From Candidatus Zhuqueibacterota bacterium (GTDB lineage: Bacteria; Zhuqueibacterota; Zhuqueibacteria; Thermofontimicrobiales; Thermofontimicrobiaceae), in contig JBMOPW010000014.1 of NCBI GenBank assembly GCA_049322915.1, forward strand, positions 733,527-797,526: a DNA stretch of 64,000 bases, read 5' to 3'. Under the pieces are notes generated by a model that worked only from the letters and a program-made list of their open reading frames with translations, was not told the DNA's origin and searched no databases. This document shows positions 19,949 to 29,742 of this stretch, in pieces. Within the stretch, counting starts at the first letter, position 1, and the number at the start of each line of letters is the position of its first letter. The translations under genes were made by a program, and so were the position numbers.

Positions 19949-21100
19949 ATGAAATGTCTCGTCACGGGTGGCGCCGGGTTCATCGGCTCTCATACAGTTG
20001 ATGCACTGCTGGAGAGAGGGTATGAAGTGCGGATATTGGATAATTTATCCAAACCGGTTCATTTGATGGGTAAGCCGGATTACATCCCTCAAAAGGCTGA
20101 GTTCATTCTGGGCGATGTTCGCAATAGGGATGACTGGGAAAAAGCGCTGGATGGGGTGGATGTCGTGATTCATCTGGCAGCTTATCAGGATTATATGCCT
20201 GACTTCAGCAAATTTTTTCACGTGAACAGCGTTGGCACGGCGTTGCTTTATGAAATTATTATTGAAAAGAAGTTGCCCATCCAAAAAGTCGTTGTGGCAT
20301 CGTCTCAGGCGGTCTATGGAGAGGGCAAATACCGCTGTCCCCAGTGCAATCGGATCAAGTTTCCAGACCTGCGGGAGGTAGAGCACTTGGAGGCTGGCCA
20401 GTGGAATCATTATTGCCAGGATTGCGGGACATTGCTTCAGGCCATGTGGACTAATGAAAATCGGGTGAATCCCCAGAATCAGTACGCGCTTTCCAAGTAT
20501 TCACAGGAGCAGGTGAGCATTAATTTGGGCAAGCGGTACCAGGTGCCGACAACATGTCTCCGCTATTCCATTGTCCAGGGACCGCGACAGTCCATTTACA
20601 ACGCATATTCCGGCGCCTGTCGCATTTTTTGCCTCAGCACATTTTTCGATCAGCCAATACCTGTGTATGAAGATGGGAAGCAGCAACGTGATTTTGTAAA
20701 TATACAGGATGTTGTCAATGCAAATCTGGCTGTCCTGGATTCGAGCGCCTCGGATTATCAGGTGTACAATGTCGGTGGTGGAAAGACCTACTCGGTGATG
20801 GAGTTTGCCACGATTGTGACGAAGGTATTCAACAAAAATATCCCGCCGTTGATCACTGAAAATTATCGATTTGGTGACACGCGCCACATTTTTTCCGACA
20901 TCTCCAAGTTAAAATTCCTGGGTTGGAAACCGTTGCATGCGGTTGAAGAGAGCATTGCATCGTACGTGGAGTGGTTGAAGAAGATGGACCGCGTGGAAAA
21001 TATTCTGGAAAAAGCCGCTTCAAAGATGAAATCCATGAATGTGGTGCGAGCCAGGAAAATGGCCAGAGGGGAAGTTCAGGCAGCGACCACGTTTGCGTGA
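19949..21100 (+). CDS. NAD-dependent epimerase/dehydratase with CxxC...CxxC insert
   Basis: TGGAGFIG, YALSK; CPQC and CQDC; start set at ATG 19949 because the upstream extension lies in the MITE. Confidence 0.9.
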   Translation: MKCLVTGGAGFIGSHTVDALLERGYEVRILDNLSKPVHLMGKPDYIPQKAEFILGDVRNRDDWEKALDGVDVVIHLAAYQDYMPDFSKFFHVNSVGTALLYEIIIEKKLPIQKVVVASSQAVYGEGKYRCPQCNRIKFPDLREVEHLEAGQWNHYCQDCGTLLQAMWTNENRVNPQNQYALSKYSQEQVSINLGKRYQVPTTCLRYSIVQGPRQSIYNAYSGACRIFCLSTFFDQPIPVYEDGKQQRDFVNIQDVVNANLAVLDSSASDYQVYNVGGGKTYSVMEFATIVTKVFNKNIPPLITENYRFGDTRHIFSDISKLKFLGWKPLHAVEESIASYVEWLKKMDRVENILEKAASKMKSMNVVRARKMARGEVQAATTFA

Positions 21101-21150
21101 TAGAGACAGTGCACGGATTATTCGAAACCAGGCAGAGGAAAGAGTTGGTT

Positions 21151-21849
21151 ATGAAGGCATTTTTATTAGCGGCAGGACTCGGAACGAGACTGCGCCCGAT
21201 CACTGAGAACATTCCCAAATGCCTCGCGCCCATTGACGGGAAACCGCTGCTCTATTATTGGCTCCGTTCTTTCGAAAAATACGGAATAGATGAAGTGCTC
21301 ATTAACCTGCATCATTTTCCACAGCCGATATTAAATTTTCTTAATGAGGTTGACTTTGGGCTGAAAATTGTTACGGTTATGGAGAAAGAGCTTTTAGGTA
21401 GCGCTGGCACAATTCGGAATAATCGGGATTTCATCAATTCGGATGAACCATTCCTGATTTGCTATTCCGATAATTTGACGAATGTGAATCTATCGGAGAT
21501 GGTTGAGTTCCATCGATCCCATCCCCATATTTTCACATTAGGATTGTTTCATACGTCAAATCCGACGGAATGCGGTATCGCCGAACTTGATGATCAGAAT
21601 GTGGTTATCGATTTTGTCGAGAAACCGAAAAATCCGAAGAGCACATTAGCCGGCGCCGGCGTGTACGTCGCGGATCCCGCGCTGTTCGATTACCTGCCAG
21701 AAACAACGCCTGCTGATCTCGGTTACCATGTTCTTCCCAAATTGGTTGGAAAGATGAGTGGATTTTTCATCAGGGAGTATTTCAGAGATATTGGGACGAT
21801 TGAATCCTATAACCGCGCGTGCGAGGAAGTCGCCGCCATCAGATTTTAA
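21151..21849 (+). CDS. sugar-1-phosphate nucleotidyltransferase (HddC-like guanylyltransferase)
   Basis: LAAGLGTRLRPIT..IPK, FVEKP, DIGT motifs; next to hddA and gmhA. Confidence 0.88.
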   Translation: MKAFLLAAGLGTRLRPITENIPKCLAPIDGKPLLYYWLRSFEKYGIDEVLINLHHFPQPILNFLNEVDFGLKIVTVMEKELLGSAGTIRNNRDFINSDEPFLICYSDNLTNVNLSEMVEFHRSHPHIFTLGLFHTSNPTECGIAELDDQNVVIDFVEKPKNPKSTLAGAGVYVADPALFDYLPETTPADLGYHVLPKLVGKMSGFFIREYFRDIGTIESYNRACEEVAAIRF

Positions 21850-22104
21850 TAGACGACGTAGCTGTAATATTGTCTGAACGAAAACGCCTGGTATAGACCT
21901 CAACCCGACCTTCTCCTTCCGGGAAAAGGCGTTTGGGGATGAGGTCAATTTATGTGAACCAGGAAAATCCCGTTATTGTTTCGTTTGAAATTAGTTCTTG
22001 TTCAGACACGATACGATGAAAAAGGACGTTGAAATTGAAGACGAGTTATTACTGTAACAATTGAATCGCATGGAAACGAGGATGAAGATGAAGGAGCACG
22101 GTGC

Positions 22105-23097
22105 ATGATGATTATTTCGCAGACTCCATTGCGGGTCAGTCTTGCCGGGGGGGGCACTGATTTAGCGTCGTTTTATCAACAGGAAGAAGGCTGTGTTCTG
22201 AGTTCAGCCATTGATAAATTTATTTTTGTCATCATCAAAGAACGGTTCGATGAAAAAATTTATATCAACTATTCGAAGAAGGAGATTGTCGATACAGTCG
22301 ATGAGATTGAACATGGTTTGGTTCGCGAGGCGATGAAAAAAACCGGCGTATCGCACGGTGTAGAAATTACGACATTGGCCGATATACCATCCAGCGGTTC
22401 CGGTCTGGGTTCTTCCAGCAGCGTGACTGTGGGCTTGTTGAATGCGTTGTATGCGTATCAGGGTGAACTGGTTACCGCTGAGAGATTGGCGCGGGAGGCC
22501 TGTGAAATTGAAATAGATATTTTGAAAAAACCCATCGGCAAGCAGGATCAATATATTGCCGCGTATGGTGGGATTCGCTTTATCAAATTTTGCAAAAATG
22601 AGGAGGTGATCGTAGAGAAAATAGCATTGCAAAACAGCCATAAACGAAAATTTGGGTCGAATTTGTTACTGTTTTTCACCGGGAAAACCCGTAGTTCAGA
22701 CGTTATTCTGTCCGAGCAAAAAAGTAATACCAATAATAAAATGAGTGTGCTAAAACAGTTGAAGTCCCAGGCAAAAGAAATTAAGGATGCTCTGGAGGCG
22801 AATGCATTCGACCAGGTGGGAAATATTCTGGCGGCCGGTTGGGATTACAAGAAGCAACTCGCCAGCAAAATTTCCAACGGATTTATTGATGAGATGTATC
22901 AAAAAGCCATTAAGGCTGGTGCCATGGGGGGCAAAATTTCAGGCGCTGGAGGTGGCGGATTCCTGCTGCTTTACTGTCAGCGGGAGAACCAAAATCGTGT
23001 CAGGGAAGCGCTGAATGGATTTCGTGAATTTCCATTTTTCCTGGAGAAGGATGGGACAAAAATAATATTTAACATGGGGAGATATGAATGGAAATGA
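22105..23097 (+). CDS. hddA: GHMP kinase, D-glycero-alpha-D-manno-heptose-7-phosphate kinase-like
   Basis: [37 protein letters not shown]. Confidence 0.88.
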   Translation: MMIISQTPLRVSLAGGGTDLASFYQQEEGCVLSSAIDKFIFVIIKERFDEKIYINYSKKEIVDTVDEIEHGLVREAMKKTGVSHGVEITTLADIPSSGSGLGSSSSVTVGLLNALYAYQGELVTAERLAREACEIEIDILKKPIGKQDQYIAAYGGIRFIKFCKNEEVIVEKIALQNSHKRKFGSNLLLFFTGKTRSSDVILSEQKSNTNNKMSVLKQLKSQAKEIKDALEANAFDQVGNILAAGWDYKKQLASKISNGFIDEMYQKAIKAGAMGGKISGAGGGGFLLLYCQRENQNRVREALNGFREFPFFLEKDGTKIIFNMGRYEWK

Positions 23098-23738
23098 TAA
23101 GTGAGTACTTCAACCGAGTGCATGCAGCATGCAATTCCGTTCGGGTGGAAGAGCACCAAAAATTTATCCAGATTCTGGAATATGCCTACCATAACAAGAA
23201 ACACATTTTCATTTTTGGGAATGGCGGAAGCGCCGCAACCGCGTCGCATTTCTGTGAGGATTTAGGCAAGGGAACTTTAAACGGCAAGAAGGATATCAAA
23301 CGATTCAAAGTGATCAGTCTGACGGATAACGTGCCTTATGTCATGGCCTGGGCCAATGACGAGGGATATGACACTATTTTCGAACAGCAGTTGCGCAATC
23401 TTGGCGAGCCGGGCGATGTGGTGGTCGCCATTAGCGGCTCCGGAAATAGTCCCAATGTGATAAAGGCTGTCGACTATGCCAATCGCAATAAAATGATCAC
23501 CATCGGGCTCACCGGCTTCGATGGCGGAAAATTGAAACGAATCGCCCGGCATTCAGTTCATATTCCCATCAATGATATGGGAGTGACCGAATGTGTGCAT
23601 TCGATCCTGGGGCATTATATCACCGATTACCTCAAAGCGACTATCAATCAGGAATATAAATACATCGATAAAGTTGTCACTGTATTCGATGACGAAGTGG
23701 TGGAACATCGGATGGTTGAAAAGATGAGTCTCAAATAA
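23088..23738 (+). CDS. gmhA: phosphoheptose isomerase (SIS domain)
   Basis: [35 protein letters not shown]. Confidence 0.85.
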   Translation: MEMISEYFNRVHAACNSVRVEEHQKFIQILEYAYHNKKHIFIFGNGGSAATASHFCEDLGKGTLNGKKDIKRFKVISLTDNVPYVMAWANDEGYDTIFEQQLRNLGEPGDVVVAISGSGNSPNVIKAVDYANRNKMITIGLTGFDGGKLKRIARHSVHIPINDMGVTECVHSILGHYITDYLKATINQEYKYIDKVVTVFDDEVVEHRMVEKMSLK

Positions 23739-23760
23739 CCTGAAAATTTGGAAAGACGGT

Positions 23761-23805
23761 AAAAAAAATCCAGCGATCATTTTTTGATTGGCTGGATTTT
23801 TTTTT
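23761..23805. terminator. bidirectional intrinsic terminator
   Basis: A-run, ATCCAGC...GCTGGAT stem, T-run between convergent genes. Confidence 0.75.
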
Positions 23806-23867
23806 GGTACAGACTCGAAAGAAGAAAGCAGTATCGTCAGAAAGCCGACAGGCGAGCCGCGGCCGGG

Positions 23868-24491
23868 CTAAAAATTAACATTGAATCCGGCGCTGATTCT
23901 GGGGCCGCTGTACAGATCTGTAAACGCAATGGTCTTGTTGAATTTGACATACAGGTAGCGGAAATCAATTGTCACAAAGAGCTTTTTGTAAACGTTTAAA
24001 TCGAAACCTGTCCCCACATTGAATCCCAATCCCATTTCTGACCGGGAGTCGAACTCAAGCAGCGCATCCTCCGGCGCACTTTCGCTGCCCAAAAACCAAC
24101 CGATCCCATAGCTGACATACGGCATTAAACGAACGTCGCTGAGCAATGCGTATTTCAGATCCAACAGAAAAGTCATGATCTCGAGTTTTCTTTCGTCCGT
24201 GAAAGATTTTGTGCCAATGTATTTCCAGTAACCAATATTGGCGCGCAGGGCTAAATCAATGCTCAGCGGTTTGGCGAGGATAAAACCCACGTACGGATGA
24301 TTTCGAACATTGCTGATCGGGGTGAGGGTCACGTCGCTGTTCAAATTGTTGGGACTCCAGTTCCCGATTTCAAACCCGAGGCCCAGGTGAGCCGCCCGTT
24401 GGGATGATTGCGCGCGCAGGCAATTTGCCGGCGCGAGGAACATCACCACTGCGAATGCTGAGATTGTTAATTTAAAAATCCGGTTCGTCAT
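23868..24491 (-). CDS. small outer-membrane beta-barrel protein
   Basis: Signal peptide from MTNRIFKL, PYVSYGIG strand motif, terminal Phe. Confidence 0.75.
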   Translation of the reverse strand: MTNRIFKLTISAFAVVMFLAPANCLRAQSSQRAAHLGLGFEIGNWSPNNLNSDVTLTPISNVRNHPYVGFILAKPLSIDLALRANIGYWKYIGTKSFTDERKLEIMTFLLDLKYALLSDVRLMPYVSYGIGWFLGSESAPEDALLEFDSRSEMGLGFNVGTGFDLNVYKKLFVTIDFRYLYVKFNKTIAFTDLYSGPRISAGFNVNF

Positions 24492-24528
24492 GTGCAGATA
24501 GTCATTGATTAATTTCACATCGATTTCG

Positions 24529-24858
24529 TTACATTGTCTCGGATGTTGAATTGAGATTGTTGGGCTGTTTGAAGCCGAACGACCTGGATTTCGGATCATG
24601 GATGGTTTTGATTTCACCAAATTGGGCTTCGTATTTCTTGATATTCTCTTCCAGCGCCTTTAACAGGGACTTGGCATGTTGGGGCGTCATGACAATTCTG
24701 GCGTAAACTTTTGTCTTGGGCACTCCGGGCAACATCCGTGTGAAGTCAATGACGAATTCAGCCGGGGAGTGCGTTATCAGCGCCAGATTGGAGTAGATTC
24801 CTTCGGCCTCTTTCTCGCCCAACTCGATATTGATTTGCTGCTGTTGAGGTTGACTCAT
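24529..24858 (-). CDS. DUF3467 family protein
   Basis: AEGIYSNLALITHSPAEFVIDF...RIVMTPQHAK. Confidence 0.88.
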   Translation of the reverse strand: MSQPQQQQINIELGEKEAEGIYSNLALITHSPAEFVIDFTRMLPGVPKTKVYARIVMTPQHAKSLLKALEENIKKYEAQFGEIKTIHDPKSRSFGFKQPNNLNSTSETM

Positions 24859-24964
24859 CGCTCGCCTCCTTCATCCTTCATTAAAAATACCTATTAAGCC
24901 GTGTTCTTGTTGATCTTCTTTGAAACGGCACTGCGTTCGTGTTCGCTCCCGAAAACGTCGTTCA

Positions 24965-24993
24965 ATTATAACAATTATTTTCTTTAGAGTCAA
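24965..24993 (-). promoter_or_regulatory. sigma70-type promoter for the DUF3467 gene
   Basis: TTGACT-N17-TATAAT on minus strand. Confidence 0.65.
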
Positions 24994-25108
24994 TTAAAAT
25001 AATGATCGATATGAGATTCAAAGCAACTATATTTTTTGCCGTCTGGCCTGTCTGCTTCGTTTCAGGAAAATTTCAGGGAGAGGACATCGGATAAAAAATA
25101 ATTCCAGG

Positions 25109-25137
25109 TTGATTTTCAATAAAAATTATCTTACATT
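25109..25137 (+). promoter_or_regulatory. sigma70-type promoter for polA
   Basis: TTGATT-N17-TACATT. Confidence 0.45.
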
Positions 25138-25166
25138 CACTCAGTACAAAATTAAAGGGTGAACAG

Positions 25167-27893
25167 ATGAATGAAGCCAGGCGTCATCGGTTGTTTTTAG
25201 TAGATGGCAGCGCGATTGTGTACAGCGCCTTTTATGCGTTGAAAAATAGCATGCCCGTCAATTCCAGAGGCGAGAACACAGGCGCTTCCTTTGGATTTAT
25301 CAGAACGCTGCTCAAGCTGTCGGACGTGGAAAAGCCGGATTATCTGGCGGTCATTTTTGATACGCCGCAGCCTACTTTCCGCCATGAACTATATCCTGAA
25401 TACAAAGCCACCCGTCAGAAAATGGAGGACAGCCTGGTGGATCAATTGCCCCGAATCAAACAGGTGGTCAATGCGCTGAACATCGTTTCGGTGGAAGTCC
25501 CCGGTCTGGAGGCCGATGACGTGATGGGCGTTCTGGCGAAAATGGCCGAGGCCGAGAACATGGAGACGTTTCTGGTTTCGGCTGATAAGGATTTCAGGCA
25601 GTTGGTTTCGCCGCTCATTAAAATTTATAATCCGAAAAAAGGCTTGGATTCGATTGAAATTTTGGATGAAGCGGGCGTCGCCAATAAAATGGGAGTGCCG
25701 CCGGCCAGGGTGATTGATTATCTGGCGCTGGTCGGGGATTCGTCGGACAACGTGCCGGGCGTGGCCGGCGTTGGACCCAAAACAGCAGTAGATTTACTGA
25801 AACAATTTGAAGGCATTGAAGACCTGTACCAACGCCTGGATGAAGTTTCCTCGGAATCGGTTCGGGCGAAGTTAGCAAAAGACAGGGACGCTGCTTTTCT
25901 TTCCAAAAAGTTGGTCACCATTGACGTCAACGCGCCGATCCCTGTGAAATTAAGCGATCTGGCTGTGCGGCCACCTGACAATGAGGCCGTGTATCAACTA
26001 TTGAAGGAACTGGAATTCAACTCACTGCTGGATCGTTTCAAAAAATCAGCCAAATCGGAAGCGGTAAATTACAGGACGATTGGCAGCTTCGGGGAACTTG
26101 CGCAATTCGTGAACACACTTCGTGCATGCACGCAGGTGACGCTCGATCTGGAGACGACCGATGTGGATCCCATGCGGGCTGAAATCGTCGGTCTGTCATT
26201 TTCATGGGTAAAGGGAGATGCCTATTATATCCCGGTCACCTCGGCGGCGACGCCCGCCAGCGGCGATCTTTTCACCGAGAATAAATTCAAAGGTCTGTCC
26301 GCTGCAAAAGTCCTGGACCATTTACGGCCGATTCTCGAAAATCCGGAGATAAAAAAGAGTGGGCAGAATGCGAAGTACGATTTGCTGGTGCTGTCGCGCG
26401 CCGGCATCGAAGTGCAGGGATTGGATTTTGATACGATGATTGCCAGCTACGTCATCAATCCATCGCTGCGGCAGCACAATCTGGATGCGCTGTCCCTCTT
26501 GTATTTCAATTATACAAAGGTGCCCACCAGTGACCTGATCGGCGTGGGGAAGAAGCAAACAACCATGGCCGATGTTCCGATTGAGAAGGTGAGTTTTTAT
26601 GCCTGTGAAGATGCGGATTTCACGCAGCGACTTCGGACGGTGCTGGAGCCGAAGCTGGTGGAATCGGAGCTGAAGCCGCTTTTCGATGAGGTGGAGCTGC
26701 CGCTGCTGACGGTGTTGATGGAGATTGAGCGCAATGGCGTTTCTCTCGATGTTGGCCTGCTGAATGAAATGTCCCGGGAACTTGAAACGCGCCTGGAGGG
26801 ATTGACCCGGGCCATTTATGCCAGCGCCGGCCAGCAGTTCAATATCAATTCGACAAAGCAATTGACTGAAATAATGTTCAACCGGTTGGGCTTGCCGATT
26901 ATAAAACGAACGAAGACAGGCCCTTCCACTGATGTTTCCGTGCTGGAAGTGCTGGCCAAAGAGCATCAATTGCCGCGCGATTTACTGGAATACCGGCAAT
27001 ACTCCAAATTGAAATCGACCTATATCGATGCGCTGCCCAGGTTGATCAATCCATTCACTGGCCGGGTTCATACGTCCTACAATCAGACAGTCGCCGCGAC
27101 CGGCCGACTTTCCTCCAGCGATCCCAATTTGCAGAACATCCCCATCCGGACTGAACTTGGCCGCAAGATCCGGAAGGCGTTCATCCCGGTCGACGCCAAT
27201 CATGTATTGCTGGACGCCGATTACTCGCAGATCGAGTTGAGAATCATGGCGCATCTTTCCGAGGACTCCACGCTGCTCCAGGCGTTTCATGACGAGAAGG
27301 ACATCCACCGCGAAACGGCTGCGCTGGTTTTCGGCGTGCCCCTGGAGGAAGTGACCGATGAAATGCGCCGGCGCGCCAAAGAGGTGAATTTCGGCATCAT
27401 CTATGGCATGGGCGCTTTTGGTCTGGCCAACCGGCTTGAAATTTCCCGGGAGGAAGCCGAAGCGTTCATTCAAAACTATTTTGCCAATTATCCCGGGATC
27501 AAAGAATACATGGAGCTGTCCAAAGAAAAGGCGCGGGAAAAAGGCTATGTCACCACACTGCTCAATCGGCGCCGCTATCTGCCTGAAATTTATAGCGACA
27601 ACCGGACGGTTCGTGAGTTTGCCGAGCGCAACGCCATCAATACGCCCATTCAGGGGACGGCGGCAGATCTCATAAAAGTCGCCATGATCCGTATTCATGA
27701 TCGGATGCGGCGCGAGAAGCTTCAGTCAAAAATGATCATTCAGGTTCACGACGAGCTTGTGTTCGAAGTCCCCACGGATGAAATCGATGCCATGAGAACG
27801 CTGGTCGTGACGGAAATGGAAAATGCCATCCAGCTCAAAGCGCCCATCAAGGCGGAGACCGGCATTGGCGCGAACTGGCTGGAAGCGCATTAA
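25167..27893 (+). CDS. polA: DNA polymerase I
   Basis: 5'-3' exo (LVDGS, EADD), 3'-5' exo (DLETT), polymerase motifs DYSQIELR, KEVNFGIIYG, QVHDELVFE. Confidence 0.98.
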   Translation: MNEARRHRLFLVDGSAIVYSAFYALKNSMPVNSRGENTGASFGFIRTLLKLSDVEKPDYLAVIFDTPQPTFRHELYPEYKATRQKMEDSLVDQLPRIKQVVNALNIVSVEVPGLEADDVMGVLAKMAEAENMETFLVSADKDFRQLVSPLIKIYNPKKGLDSIEILDEAGVANKMGVPPARVIDYLALVGDSSDNVPGVAGVGPKTAVDLLKQFEGIEDLYQRLDEVSSESVRAKLAKDRDAAFLSKKLVTIDVNAPIPVKLSDLAVRPPDNEAVYQLLKELEFNSLLDRFKKSAKSEAVNYRTIGSFGELAQFVNTLRACTQVTLDLETTDVDPMRAEIVGLSFSWVKGDAYYIPVTSAATPASGDLFTENKFKGLSAAKVLDHLRPILENPEIKKSGQNAKYDLLVLSRAGIEVQGLDFDTMIASYVINPSLRQHNLDALSLLYFNYTKVPTSDLIGVGKKQTTMADVPIEKVSFYACEDADFTQRLRTVLEPKLVESELKPLFDEVELPLLTVLMEIERNGVSLDVGLLNEMSRELETRLEGLTRAIYASAGQQFNINSTKQLTEIMFNRLGLPIIKRTKTGPSTDVSVLEVLAKEHQLPRDLLEYRQYSKLKSTYIDALPRLINPFTGRVHTSYNQTVAATGRLSSSDPNLQNIPIRTELGRKIRKAFIPVDANHVLLDADYSQIELRIMAHLSEDSTLLQAFHDEKDIHRETAALVFGVPLEEVTDEMRRRAKEVNFGIIYGMGAFGLANRLEISREEAEAFIQNYFANYPGIKEYMELSKEKAREKGYVTTLLNRRRYLPEIYSDNRTVREFAERNAINTPIQGTAADLIKVAMIRIHDRMRREKLQSKMIIQVHDELVFEVPTDEIDAMRTLVVTEMENAIQLKAPIKAETGIGANWLEAH

Positions 27894-28021
27894 TGCACCC
27901 TGTCGATGATCGGGGATAACGTCGAACCGGCTGCGATTGAAATGCCTTCTGGCCGTGCGACGCCGGCTGATGAGCGCCCGACTTGTTGCGGCTGGGATGA
28001 TTTAATTTAACGGAATTTATC

Positions 28022-28050
28022 TTGCATTTCGGCGCGGGCTTTTATATATT
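28022..28050 (+). promoter_or_regulatory. sigma70-type promoter
   Basis: TTGCAT-N17-TATATT. Confidence 0.6.
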
Positions 28051-28054
28051 TCAC

Positions 28055-28164
28055 TCAGTCAGACAGAGCGAATTTCAGCATCGCCATGAAGTTTCAGGTG
28101 GGGCGACTTCCTGGTATGGAATGCACAAAGGTATCGCGCTCCACCATGACGCTCATTTGACTGA
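28055..28164 (+). ncRNA. candidate structured RNA or 5' leader (three-way junction), family not recognised
   Basis: Starts just after the -10 box; 5' and 3' ends pair; two internal helices. Confidence 0.5.
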
Positions 28165-28205
28165 ACAGTAACTGAATGGCGGACCAAATTAAAAAGGGGT
28201 AGTTT

Positions 28206-28502
28206 ATGGCTGCTGAATACAGACGAAAAATTTCGGCCGAGGAAGTGAAAGACCGGTACATCATCATTCTCAAGGACAGTTTGGAACTGTTCCCGAAGAT
28301 TGGGAAGATGTTCAGGCTGAAGGTGAAGGACGCTGAACTGGAAACCCGCATTGAAACCATGGAACGATGGAGCCTGGGACCCAAAAAGCCGCAGATCATC
28401 TACAAAATTGATGCGGAAAAATTCTGGGCAATGTTCCCGCTTCATTTCGGGAAATCGGTGAGCATAAAAAAAGAGTCCGATGATCTCTATGTGCTGAGTT
28501 GA
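28206..28502 (+). CDS. hypothetical protein
   Basis: 98-aa ORF with AAGGGG RBS, ends 3 nt before the rhomboid start. Confidence 0.75.
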   Translation: MAAEYRRKISAEEVKDRYIIILKDSLELFPKIGKMFRLKVKDAELETRIETMERWSLGPKKPQIIYKIDAEKFWAMFPLHFGKSVSIKKESDDLYVLS

Positions 28503-28505
28503 CGC

Positions 28506-29222
28506 ATGTTCCCATTGAGAGATACCATCCCCTCAGCGACATTTCCATTTGTCACGCTGTCACTGATTGTCATGAATGGGCTCGTATTTTTGCTTGAGAT
28601 CGCGTTGGGGGAGCACATCTCGGCCTTCATCAATTTTTTCGGGATCATCCCGGCGAGATATTTCTTTCACCTCACCAACGGCATCAATGTCGTGGCGATG
28701 TATTTCCCGTTGTTATCATCCCAATTCCTGCATGGCAGTTGGTTTCATCTCATCGGGAATCTCTGGTTCCTCTGGATTTTCGGCGACAATGTGGAAGACC
28801 ATATCGGCCACACGCGATTCCTGATATTCTATCTGTTCTGCGGCGCGATGGCGGGATTGGCCCATATTTACACCAATCCCGGATCGAATGTCCCCACGGT
28901 GGGAGCCAGCGGCGCTATTGCCGGCGTGATGGGCGCGTACGTGTTTTTATTTCCCCGGGCGCGCGTGACGACATTCATCCCGATTTTCTTCCTGGTCGAA
29001 ATGCCGGCCTATCTGTTTCTGGGAATTTGGTTCTTGCTCCAGTCGTTCAGCGGCGTTTCTTCGCTTGCAGCGAATCAGGATTGCTGCGGGGTCGCATGGT
29101 GGGCTCATATCGGTGGATTCATTCTGGGCGCTTTGATTGCGCTGGTTCTTTTCCCGCGCAGGAAGAAGAAACGTTACTGGGTGACCCACAAGACCGAAGT
29201 CAGGGACTATTTTGACTACTGA
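28506..29222 (+). CDS. rhomboid intramembrane serine protease
   Basis: FLHGSWFHLIGN, GASGA, AWWAHIGGF. Confidence 0.95.
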   Translation: MFPLRDTIPSATFPFVTLSLIVMNGLVFLLEIALGEHISAFINFFGIIPARYFFHLTNGINVVAMYFPLLSSQFLHGSWFHLIGNLWFLWIFGDNVEDHIGHTRFLIFYLFCGAMAGLAHIYTNPGSNVPTVGASGAIAGVMGAYVFLFPRARVTTFIPIFFLVEMPAYLFLGIWFLLQSFSGVSSLAANQDCCGVAWWAHIGGFILGALIALVLFPRRKKKRYWVTHKTEVRDYFDY

Positions 29223-29742
29223 TCGGCCGGTCGTCCCGGCGTCAGATCGAATGGCGAATTGGTTCCGGCTCACTAATCGTCAAATCGCCAGGTCAACCGG
29301 GACATTGAAGATCCGCGATTTCAAACACACGAAACACAACCCGCTGCTGGTTCGTCCCAATGCGAAATATCCAACTGCCGCGATCCGTGAGTTCGCCCTC
29401 AAGATTTAAGCCCGATAGAAGTTCCGACTGAAAATACAACCGTTGGTTTCTACCAGGATTGCTTTCGTGGCAACAATACATGCCTGGATAGCGACGAAAA
29501 TTATTATTAACCCGGAACCAGAAACCTTGAACCCGGAACCTGAGTTACCACATTTAATACCCAAATCGCGCTGGATTTGTATCCAACGCCCGGGACATCC
29601 GGGATAAATATCCCGAACGATCAGTTGACATCTTCTTGCAACTTCGTGACTTGGCGTCTTTGTGGCAAGAATACATGCCTGAAAAGTTACAAATTTGGAA
29701 ATATAAGATAATTGATAAAAATGAACTATCCTCTGATCGCCC

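Noticed and set aside
21897..21946. GACCTCA...TGAGGTC hairpin between hddC-like and hddA
   Set aside because: Single degenerate copy without a T-tail; cannot distinguish REP remnant from RNA stem
26322..27698. Long antisense ORFs within polA and other GC-rich genes
   Set aside because: Shadow ORFs expected from codon bias opposite well-supported genes
28055..28164. Assignment as tRNA, SRP RNA, 6S RNA or Y RNA
   Set aside because: No T-loop/CCA, no SRP helix-8 motif, too short for 6S, no bulged Ro-binding helix and no Ro gene nearby
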